This document shows positions 29,829-37,789 of a stretch of DNA of 64,000 bases, one piece after another. Below the pieces are notes generated by a model. It had not been told where the DNA came from and did not search any database. It was given only the letters and a program-made list of their open reading frames with translations. Position 1 is the first letter of the stretch. Each line of letters opens with the position of its first letter. The position numbers were made by a program, and so were the translations under genes. This stretch comes from an uncultured Candidatus Actinomarina sp. GTDB lineage: Bacteria > Actinomycetota > Acidimicrobiia > Actinomarinales > Actinomarinaceae. The stretch covers positions 14,521 to 78,520 of the forward strand of contig CACMHQ010000005.1 in NCBI GenBank assembly GCA_902613615.1. The letters are read 5' to 3'.

Positions 29829-30181
29829 ATTTATTTATTAAAGAAGATTTCATCTCTCATGCTGGCTTACCACTTACATGGAAAGTGGAATGTGATGCAC
29901 TAGATGAAAATGACTACGAAGCATTGGCAAAAATAGTTAGTGAAAAAATGACTTTTGGAGATGTCAAAGGTATTCCACGTGGCGGTATACCGTTTGAAAA
30001 AGCATTAAAACCTTACTGTTCAAATAATGATAATGATCCATTACTAATTTGTGATGATGTATATACAACTGGTACTTCTATGAGAGAAGTCTATGAAGAT
30101 GGAGCATTAGGTATTGTTGTATTCGCTAGAAATGAAATTCAAGATGACTGGGTAAAAGCAATTTGGCAGTTATCAATTTAA
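29825..30181 (+). CDS. minimal type I phosphoribosyltransferase (118 aa) in the pyrE position; function uncertain
   Basis: PRPP loop 'LLICDDVYTTGTSM' and 'GIPRGGIPF'. The ATG forms an ATGA overlap with the pyrD-like stop. It lacks the segment corresponding to the OPRTase flexible catalytic loop. Confidence 0.5.
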   Translation: MNLFIKEDFISHAGLPLTWKVECDALDENDYEALAKIVSEKMTFGDVKGIPRGGIPFEKALKPYCSNNDNDPLLICDDVYTTGTSMREVYEDGALGIVVFARNEIQDDWVKAIWQLSI

Positions 30182-30183
30182 AG

Positions 30184-31044
30184 ATGATAGAAAATAAGTA
30201 TGCCTCAGCTTTAGATGGTCTTGAAATTGAAGATCCAGTAAAAAGCTTTTTTGATTTCTGTAAGGAACGAGAAAATATAAGAATTTCAAGAGAAAATGGT
30301 GAAGATTTCCCATGGAGTAAAGATGAAATTTTTCAAAATGGAAGGTTCTTGAATGTCTTTAGAGAAGATGATCGAGTTAGTAAATCAATTATTAAATTTG
30401 CGGGTAATTTAAATAAAGAGCCATCAAAACTAATTAACGCTGTATTTTTTGCAAGGTGGTGCAATAGGCAAGAAGTTTTAGATACTTTAACGCCCGATGA
30501 TTTAAATAATCCTGAAAACTTAAAAAATAAATTAGTAAGTATTGACCCATGGTGTAATGAAACTGCATATCCAGTTGAACCAGTTACATGGGGAGGTAAA
30601 CAATACTCAAGAATTGATGCTGCAACTAAATTATTTTATGAAGTGCAAGATTCTTTATTAAATATCCTTGAATCATCAAACAAAAGTGTAATTACTGCAA
30701 CCAACAACATAAATAAAGAATTTCAAATGCAAAATGATTTTCCAATTTTCATGGCAGTGATTGACATTGCTTGGTTTAGACCCGATATTATTCCAATTGA
30801 AAGTGAGGTTCCTACAGGAATTGGTGCTGTTGCTTATCTGGATAGATTACAAAATCATCTTGGTTTAAGTTCCCACCAAGAAGTTGGTGAAAAAATGATT
30901 GAACTTCAAAAAACATACTGGCCTGAAGCAAAACGTGGTTTTAATCCAATAGATATTGAATATTTAGCTTGTGAATGTAGAAAATACTATAGCTATATAA
31001 ATGGGACAAAGGTTTTTGAAGGTAAAAACAAATTTATACCTTAA
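30184..31044 (+). CDS. hypothetical protein (286 aa), possibly related to the aGPT-pyrophosphorylase / DNA-base-hypermodification helical family
   Basis: Long clean ORF with an ATG 2 nt after the preceding stop. The N-terminal block 'ERENIRISRENGEDFPWSKDEIFQNGRFLNVFREDDRVS' resembles, from memory, that family's signature. The family call is unverified. Confidence 0.6.
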   Translation: MIENKYASALDGLEIEDPVKSFFDFCKERENIRISRENGEDFPWSKDEIFQNGRFLNVFREDDRVSKSIIKFAGNLNKEPSKLINAVFFARWCNRQEVLDTLTPDDLNNPENLKNKLVSIDPWCNETAYPVEPVTWGGKQYSRIDAATKLFYEVQDSLLNILESSNKSVITATNNINKEFQMQNDFPIFMAVIDIAWFRPDIIPIESEVPTGIGAVAYLDRLQNHLGLSSHQEVGEKMIELQKTYWPEAKRGFNPIDIEYLACECRKYYSYINGTKVFEGKNKFIP

Positions 31045-31476
31045 TTAACTAAGTTTATTAATTCTATTTATGTATCTTTCCTCATTTAAAAAAGAGGAAT
31101 TTAAAAATGACTCAGTTATTTTTTTTGCAGCCTCAATATCAAGATTTTCCGAACCGAGACATAGAACATTTACATCATTATGCTCAACAGATTGAATAGC
31201 AGTTTTTACATTAGTGACATTAGAAGCTCTTATACCTTTTACTTTATTTGCTGCAATAGACATGCCAACACCTGTCCCACAGATTAAAACTCCCTTTGTA
31301 TCCTCATTATCCAAAACGAATTCGGATACTTTCGTTGCATAATCTGGAAAATCACAAGGTTCCAAACTATCAGTTCCTAAGTCCTTAATTTCAAGATCAG
31401 AAGATAAAGATTCTATTAATAATTGTTTTAATTCAAAACCTGCATGATCGGAAGCAATAGCAATTTTATTAATCAC
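31045..31476 (-). CDS. rpiB: ribose-5-phosphate isomerase B
   Basis: 'IASDHAGFELK' and 'CGTGVGMSIAANK'. Confidence 0.9.
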   Translation of the reverse strand: MINKIAIASDHAGFELKQLLIESLSSDLEIKDLGTDSLEPCDFPDYATKVSEFVLDNEDTKGVLICGTGVGMSIAANKVKGIRASNVTNVKTAIQSVEHNDVNVLCLGSENLDIEAAKKITESFLNSSFLNEERYINRINKLS

Positions 31477-32846
31477 TAGATAAGCTTCTCAATATCCAAA
31501 AGATCATCAATATCACCCTCTGACATTAATTCCTTGCTAAGCAATACATCTTTAATTGTTAATCCACTTTCCATAGCTTCTTTAGCTACTTCAGCAGCAA
31601 CATCATACCCAAGCTTTGGTACAAGTGCTGTAACTAGGATTGAGTTTTTTTGAGTATCTTCATTTAGCTTTTCAGTGTTTGCTTCTAAGTCTTTAATTAG
31701 TTTTTCCCCAAACACACTCACTCCAGTAGTAAGTAAAGCAATGCTTTCAAGTAGATTGTGAGCCATTACAGGAAGCATTGTGTTGAGCTCAAAATTTCCA
31801 TTCGCTGATGAAAACGTAATAGTTGTATCGTTTCCAATAACTTGAGCTGATACCTGCATCATCATTTCAGGTATTACAGGATTTACTTTTCCTGGCATTA
31901 TTGATGATCCAGGTTGCAAAGCAGGGATCTTCAAATCTCCTAATCCAGACACTGGTCCACTACCCATCCATCTAATATCATTTGCAATTTTAAAGAGCGA
32001 CACTGCAAGTGCCTTCAAAGCACTTGATAAATGAACCACTTCTTCTCTTGATCCTTGTCTTGTGAAATGATTTTCAACCTCTTTAAAAGGTATACCAATT
32101 GATGACTGAAGTTCGCTTGCAACATCGGCCCCAAAATTATCAGGAGCATTTATTCCAGTACCAACAGCGGTACCCCCAATTGCTAATTTCTGAACATTAT
32201 CTAAAGAGGCTTTAATGTCCCCCATTCTTTCATTTATTAAGTCAGCATATCCAGAAAATTCTTGGCCTAAACTAACAGGTGTAGCATCCATTAGATGAGT
32301 CCTTCCATTTTTATAGACTTTCTCCCACTGTTTTGCCTTTTCATTAAGTAAAGAAATAAGATTATCTAATTCAGGGATGAGCCCTTCAGTAACATCTATT
32401 ACAGCAGCAACATTTGTAGCTGTTGGAATAACATCATTTGATGATTGACTCATATTTACATGGTCGTTTGGATGTATTGATTCACCAGTTTTATCAGATG
32501 CTATTTTTGCAATGATTTCATTTGCATTCATATTTGTAGAGGTGCCTGATCCTGTTTGGAAAATATCAACTGCAAAATCTTTGTCATGATTACCTGAGAT
32601 TACTTCTTCAGCACCATCAATAATTGAAGTTGCTATTTTTTTATCTAATAATTTATTATTTTGATTTACTACAGCACAAGCTTTTTTAATTTCACCAAGT
32701 GCTCTTATAAATGATCGAGAGAACTTAAGTTCTGAAATTGGAAAATTCTGAATTGCTCTAGCAGTTGAAGCACCATACATAGCATTAATAGGTACTTCAA
32801 ATTCACCCATTGAGTCTTTTTCTATTCTTGTTTCTTTTTTATTCAA
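31476..32846 (-). CDS. fumC: class II fumarate hydratase
   Basis: 'GSSIMPGKVNP' signature and 'TGSGTSTNMN'. Length is 456 aa. Confidence 0.95.
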   Translation of the reverse strand: MNKKETRIEKDSMGEFEVPINAMYGASTARAIQNFPISELKFSRSFIRALGEIKKACAVVNQNNKLLDKKIATSIIDGAEEVISGNHDKDFAVDIFQTGSGTSTNMNANEIIAKIASDKTGESIHPNDHVNMSQSSNDVIPTATNVAAVIDVTEGLIPELDNLISLLNEKAKQWEKVYKNGRTHLMDATPVSLGQEFSGYADLINERMGDIKASLDNVQKLAIGGTAVGTGINAPDNFGADVASELQSSIGIPFKEVENHFTRQGSREEVVHLSSALKALAVSLFKIANDIRWMGSGPVSGLGDLKIPALQPGSSIMPGKVNPVIPEMMMQVSAQVIGNDTTITFSSANGNFELNTMLPVMAHNLLESIALLTTGVSVFGEKLIKDLEANTEKLNEDTQKNSILVTALVPKLGYDVAAEVAKEAMESGLTIKDVLLSKELMSEGDIDDLLDIEKLI

Positions 32847-33544
32847 TTTTCTTCCTGATATTGAGTGTATCCACCAGAATCGACTTCTTCAATCAATTCA
32901 TTTGAACCTGATTTAACGATTTTACCGTTAACAACAATGTGGACTTTATCAACATCAAGATATTTCAGTATTCTGCTGTAGTGAGTAACTAATATATAAG
33001 ATGTTTTTTCATCTCTATTTTCGTTAATCAAAGATGCAACAGATTTAATTGCATCAATATCTAAACCTGAGTCTATTTCATCAAGAAGGGCTAAAGATGG
33101 CTTCATTAATGATAATTGAAATAATTCTGATCTTTTTTTCTCCCCACCAGATAGATCAACGTTTACATCACGATCTAAGAATTCTTCTAAGTTAAATCTT
33201 TTAGATGTTTCAATTAACTCATCTTCATCTACATTTTCTAGGAACGATTCTGTAAATTCTTTTAACGTAACACCTGGTAAACCTACGGGATATTGAAATG
33301 ATTGAAAAATTCCTTTTTCTGCTCTTTCAAACTGTGGAATTGATAGTACGTCATCTCCATTAAGTGTCACCTTACCTTCTTTTTCATATTCGGTATTACC
33401 CATAAGTACATGACAAAGAGTTGATTTTCCAGAGCCATTTGGTCCCATGACTGCATGGAGTTCTCCACTGCTTATCTCTAAATCAATCCCCTTTAGAATT
33501 TCAACATCACCAATTGAGGCTTTAAGGTTTTCTATTTTAAGCAT
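32843..33544 (-). CDS. sufC: Fe-S cluster assembly ATPase SufC
   Basis: 'GPNGSGKST', 'LSGGEKKRSE', 'LALLDEIDSGLD' and 'VTHYSRIL'. It sits within sufB-sufD-Rieske-sufC. Confidence 0.9.
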   Translation of the reverse strand: MLKIENLKASIGDVEILKGIDLEISSGELHAVMGPNGSGKSTLCHVLMGNTEYEKEGKVTLNGDDVLSIPQFERAEKGIFQSFQYPVGLPGVTLKEFTESFLENVDEDELIETSKRFNLEEFLDRDVNVDLSGGEKKRSELFQLSLMKPSLALLDEIDSGLDIDAIKSVASLINENRDEKTSYILVTHYSRILKYLDVDKVHIVVNGKIVKSGSNELIEEVDSGGYTQYQEEN

Positions 33545-33851
33545 TGTCTTCCATTTCTAAATAAATAACTTCATCTTCGATAGTAATTTCATATGTAGCA
33601 ACTGGTTTAGTTGCAGGTAAAGTTACAGCCTCTCCTGTTTTTAAATCAAATTCTGCACCGTGCAGTGGACATTCAATTTTACAATCAAATACTTCTCCTT
33701 CAGCAAGTGATGCTTCAGCGTGAGAACACATATCGTCTATCGCAAAGTATTCACCTTCAACATTAAAAATTGCTATGTCTTTATCATCAATACTTACAAC
33801 TTTTACAGAATTTTCATTTACCTCTGATGTGTTTATGGTTTTAACTTTCAT
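33537..33851 (-). CDS. Rieske-type [2Fe-2S] ferredoxin domain protein
   Basis: Cluster ligands 'CSH' and 'CPLHG'. Its position between sufD and sufC is typical of actinobacterial suf operons. Confidence 0.85.
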   Translation of the reverse strand: MKVKTINTSEVNENSVKVVSIDDKDIAIFNVEGEYFAIDDMCSHAEASLAEGEVFDCKIECPLHGAEFDLKTGEAVTLPATKPVATYEITIEDEVIYLEMEDNA

Positions 33852-35010
33852 CTGATTTTCTTCCTAAGATATTTTCATACTTTTTAGCTAAAGTATCTGC
33901 AACTTCATCATGAATAATTTCCCAAGCATCCTCATTGATTACTTCATTAAAGAAACCTTTAATTAATAATTTTTCAGCATCTTCTTTATTTATGCCTCTA
34001 GACATAACATAGTGATATAGAGTTTCATCAATTGGCCCAACTGATGAACCATGTCCACAAATCACGTCATCACAAAGAATTTCTAAGTTTGGAACAGATT
34101 GCGCTGATGCTTTTTCAGTCAGAATTATGTTTCTATTTTCTTGCTGAGATTCTGTTTTAACAGCTCCCTCAGCAATATGAATAGTACCTGTAAATATAGA
34201 AGAACTTTCATCACCTAATACACCTTTGGTAATCATGTTTGATGTTGTGCTTTTGCCAAGATGATTAACAAATACCCTTGTATCATGTATCTGAGCATTC
34301 TCTCCAAAATATACGCCATCAATTTCAAATCCAGAACCATTGCCATATAAATCAATATCTAATCTTGATCTAGAAAACAAGCCACCAGTACTAACCATAT
34401 GAACAGATAGATTTGCATCATTTAGAAGTTTGGCGTAAAGATTATTGACAATACTTATGTCATTTTTTGATGTTACATTGATAATTAATTCTAGAGTTGC
34501 ATTCTGTTCTAGAAATAATTCTATTGCAGGAAATATATTGCCATTTACCAAATCACCAAAATTTAAAAATAGCTTACCTGATTTATTTTTTGCTACATTT
34601 ACACCTAGATATGGGACTGATGTTTCCTCATTTTGAAAATTAACTGAATAGTAATGACTAAAGTCATCTTTAACATTAAGTTGAAATCCACCAGTCAATT
34701 TTTCAAATTGTTCAACCAAAAATTTATCAAATGGTCTTTTAATTGACTCGTCAATAATTGGTTTCTTTATTTTTGCTATGTCTATGACTTCTATTTTTTC
34801 TTCTTCAACGTTAACAACGAATTCGTGACAATTTGAATCAATGTTAAATGTCTCATTTTTCTCAATATTTACAGGTTTACCAACTTCAAATTCATTAACT
34901 GAATACACATTTTTTCCGGTGTATTTCCAGTCTTCATTTTTTACAGTTATATCAGAAAAATCTTTAGATGTTATTTTTCCAAGATTTTTTTCAACTAATT
35001 TTGTGTTCAA
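33841..35010 (-). CDS. sufD: Fe-S cluster assembly protein SufD
   Basis: The C-terminal beta-helix region is similar to SufB ('ENRNIILTEKA..VPNLEI..DDV.CGHGSSVG'). Position is after sufB. Confidence 0.85.
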   Translation of the reverse strand: MNTKLVEKNLGKITSKDFSDITVKNEDWKYTGKNVYSVNEFEVGKPVNIEKNETFNIDSNCHEFVVNVEEEKIEVIDIAKIKKPIIDESIKRPFDKFLVEQFEKLTGGFQLNVKDDFSHYYSVNFQNEETSVPYLGVNVAKNKSGKLFLNFGDLVNGNIFPAIELFLEQNATLELIINVTSKNDISIVNNLYAKLLNDANLSVHMVSTGGLFSRSRLDIDLYGNGSGFEIDGVYFGENAQIHDTRVFVNHLGKSTTSNMITKGVLGDESSSIFTGTIHIAEGAVKTESQQENRNIILTEKASAQSVPNLEILCDDVICGHGSSVGPIDETLYHYVMSRGINKEDAEKLLIKGFFNEVINEDAWEIIHDEVADTLAKKYENILGRKSDES

Positions 35011-35026
35011 ATTACTTCCTATGCAA

Positions 35027-36436
35027 TTAACCTACGGCACCGGCCTCAATCATATTGAGTTCGATTAATTTGTTAAATTCCATTGCATATTCCATTGGAA
35101 GTGTTTTTGTAAATTCTTCGACAAAGCCAGCAACGATCATTGAAGTTGCCTCTTCTTCGGAAAGCCCACGACTCATCAAGTAAAAAAGCTGATCTTCACC
35201 AACTTTTGAGACTGTAGCTTCATGCCCAATTTCTGCTGAAGATTCTTCAATCTCCATATAAGGGTACGTATCTGATCTAGATTCATCATCTAAAATCAAT
35301 GCATCACATCTTACAAAACTTTTTGCTGTTTCAGAACCATCCTCTACTCTTACTAAACCTCGATAGGCTCCTCTTCCACCACCTTTTGAAATAGATTTTG
35401 AAGTAATCAAGGAAGTAGTATCAGGAGCAAGATGTACCATCTTTGCACCTGTGTCCTGATGTTGACCGCTATTTGCAAATGCGACTGACAAAACCTCACC
35501 ATGGGCTCCTGGCTCCATCAAGTAAACAGATGGATATTTTACTGTTAATCCTGAACCAAGGTTTGCATCGATCCATTCCATTGTTGCATTGCCATATGCT
35601 TGTGCTCTTTTTGTCACTAAGTTATAAACATCATTTGACCAGTTTTGGATTGTTGTGTATCTGCAAGTACCAGATGCCTTTACTACAATTTCGACCACTG
35701 CTGAGTGCAATGAATCAGTTGTGTAAACAGGTGCTGAACATCCCTCTATATAATGAACTGATGCTCCCTCATCAACAAGAATTAAGGTTCTTTCAAATTG
35801 GCCCATATTCTCAGCATTGATTCTGAAATATGCCTGTAGAGGATCTTCAACATGTACGCCTTTTGGTACATAAATAAAAGATCCACCAGACCATACCGCA
35901 GAATTTAATGCTGCAAATTTATTGTCTCCAGGAGGAATAACTGTTCCAAAATATTCTTTAACAAGTTCAGGATATTCTCTGACAGCAGTGTCCATGTCAC
36001 AAAATAAAACACCTAATTTCTCAAGATCTTCACGATTTTTGTGATAAACAACTTCACTTTCGTATTGTGCTGTAACTCCTGCAAGGTAGCTTCTTTCTGC
36101 TTCAGGAATACCTAATTTTTCATATGTTTGTTTGATCTCTTCAGGTACTTCATCCCATGAATCTGCCTGATTTTCAGTAGGTTTGATGTAGTAATAAATA
36201 TCATCGAAATCTAATTTATTTAGTTTATCTTTAGCTACCCATTCAGGCATAGGTTTATCTAGAAATCTTTTATATGCTTTTAATCTAAAATCGAGCATCC
36301 ATTCTGGCTCTTCTTTAATTTCAGACATTTTTCTAATAATGTCTTCATTCAATCCTTTTTCAGGTTTAAAAACATTCTTTTCAGGGTCAGACCACCCCAA
36401 AGAGTATTTACCAATATCTATATCTACGTCAGTCAT
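35027..36436 (-). CDS. sufB: Fe-S cluster assembly protein SufB
   Basis: 469 aa with '[19 protein letters not shown]' and '[20 protein letters not shown]'. Confidence 0.95.
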   Translation of the reverse strand: MTDVDIDIGKYSLGWSDPEKNVFKPEKGLNEDIIRKMSEIKEEPEWMLDFRLKAYKRFLDKPMPEWVAKDKLNKLDFDDIYYYIKPTENQADSWDEVPEEIKQTYEKLGIPEAERSYLAGVTAQYESEVVYHKNREDLEKLGVLFCDMDTAVREYPELVKEYFGTVIPPGDNKFAALNSAVWSGGSFIYVPKGVHVEDPLQAYFRINAENMGQFERTLILVDEGASVHYIEGCSAPVYTTDSLHSAVVEIVVKASGTCRYTTIQNWSNDVYNLVTKRAQAYGNATMEWIDANLGSGLTVKYPSVYLMEPGAHGEVLSVAFANSGQHQDTGAKMVHLAPDTTSLITSKSISKGGGRGAYRGLVRVEDGSETAKSFVRCDALILDDESRSDTYPYMEIEESSAEIGHEATVSKVGEDQLFYLMSRGLSEEEATSMIVAGFVEEFTKTLPMEYAMEFNKLIELNMIEAGAVG

Positions 36437-36463
36437 AATTTAATTCTAGTTAAGTCTCGTTTC

Positions 36464-36501
36464 AATAATAAGAGCAATGAATATAGATTTCTCTTATTAT
36501 T
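36464..36501. promoter_or_regulatory. inverted repeat in the divergent sufB / unknown-ORF intergenic region
   Basis: Perfect 11-nt arms 'AATAATAAGAG' (36464-36474) and 'CTCTTATTATT' (36491-36501), separated by 16 nt. Confidence 0.3.
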
Positions 36502-36517
36502 AATTAAACTTTAATTG

Positions 36518-36952
36518 ATGCCTGTTATATGTGTAAATCCATCAAATAGTTCTGAAAAAGAAATTGTTCAAAAACTATCGTTGCAAAATGGTGATTTGAG
36601 GGTGTTTCTATCTGATCAATTAGAAGATACATTTAATAAATCTATTCCTGGAAAAAAAGCAATAGGTGATATTTTAGATGATACTCACATCTCAACAGCT
36701 TCACACGGTGCATTTTGTGGCATATTTTTTGAAGATATCAATTCAGATCTTAGAAATGTTTTTCTGAGTGCTATTAAAGAAAGTACCCTTAAAAGAATTT
36801 TATGGGTTTCAGAAAGTCCACCTACTGATGAAATTTTAAAAATAAGTAACTTGGCTTATTTGCAACATAAAAATTATGAAAATTTAACTGAAGAAATCTT
36901 GGAGTTAGAAAGTAAAGAAGAAATAGAATTTGGTTTCAAGGAAATAACGTAA
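36518..36952 (+). CDS. hypothetical protein (144 aa)
   Basis: Clean ORF ending 6 nt before the methyltransferase ATG. It shows an alternating beta/alpha pattern, no HTH and no recognised motif. Confidence 0.5.
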   Translation: MPVICVNPSNSSEKEIVQKLSLQNGDLRVFLSDQLEDTFNKSIPGKKAIGDILDDTHISTASHGAFCGIFFEDINSDLRNVFLSAIKESTLKRILWVSESPPTDEILKISNLAYLQHKNYENLTEEILELESKEEIEFGFKEIT

Positions 36953-36958
36953 TAGATC

Positions 36959-37789
36959 ATGTCAAAAGAATCAGTTTATAAAGATGGATCAGGTTCAAGA
37001 AAAGGATTTGTTTCAAAATTTCAAACTGAGACTAACTTTGAAACACAATCAGAAAACAATGTATCAAAGTTAAAAAATAAAATATTTAATAAAAGCGCCG
37101 AAGATATGAGTGAGTTAATTGATAATTGTGTCTCTTTAACGGTTACTTCACCTCCATACAACGTTGGCAAATTAAGTGATCTTGATCTTGATGACAAAAA
37201 ATATTGGAAGTTAATGGAATCATGTTTTCAAGAAGTTTACAGAGTTACAGAATCAGGAGGTCGTCTAGTTGTTAATGTAGCAAATTTAGGAAGGAAGCCT
37301 TATATACCTTTCTCAGATCAATTTACGGACATGTTGACTAAATTAGGATTTATTATGAGGGGTGAAATAATTTGGCAAAAATCTAAAGGTGCTAATGCAA
37401 ACTTTGCTTGGGGCAGTTGGTTATCTGCTTCAAATCCAGTGATTAGAGATCTTCATGAATACTGTTTGGTATTTTCAAAAGAATCATTTAATAGAAATAA
37501 GGAAGGTGTATCTACAATTGACAAAGAAGAATTTATGGATTCAACACTTTCAATATGGAACATTCTTCCAGCAAAGGCAAAAAAAATTGGCCATCCAGCA
37601 CCTTTTCCTGAAGAACTAGTTGATAGATTTATAAATTTATATTCTTATAAGGATGAATTAATACTGGATCCATTTATGGGAAGTGGAACAACAGCTTTGG
37701 CTGCTTTAAATTCAAATAGAAAGTATGTCGGTTACGAAATAAATAAAGAGTATTGTGATTTGGCTAACAATAGAATTAAAGATCGTTAA
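36959..37789 (+). CDS. beta-class DNA methyltransferase (N4-cytosine or N6-adenine; the SPPY motif favours N4C)
   Basis: Motif IV 'TVTSPPY' precedes motif I 'LDPFMGSGTT', which is the beta permutation. 'HPAPFPEEL' lies between them. Confidence 0.85.
   Translation: MSKESVYKDGSGSRKGFVSKFQTETNFETQSENNVSKLKNKIFNKSAEDMSELIDNCVSLTVTSPPYNVGKLSDLDLDDKKYWKLMESCFQEVYRVTESGGRLVVNVANLGRKPYIPFSDQFTDMLTKLGFIMRGEIIWQKSKGANANFAWGSWLSASNPVIRDLHEYCLVFSKESFNRNKEGVSTIDKEEFMDSTLSIWNILPAKAKKIGHPAPFPEELVDRFINLYSYKDELILDPFMGSGTTALAALNSNRKYVGYEINKEYCDLANNRIKDR

Noticed and set aside
19762-30183. Track start codons upstream of the previous gene's stop at 19762, 24239, 25332, 28495, 29792 and 30163
   Set aside because: In each case an in-frame ATG or GTG at or next to the upstream stop gives the expected conserved N-terminus with the usual 1-14 nt coupling overlap. 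The chosen starts are 19804, 24257, 25344, 28516, 29825 and 30184. The longer forms only add out-of-frame-looking residues.
36518-37789. A confident call of a complete type II restriction-modification system
   Set aside because: I could not identify a nuclease motif in the 144-aa ORF, and nothing else supports a defence context. I kept it as a hypothesis only.
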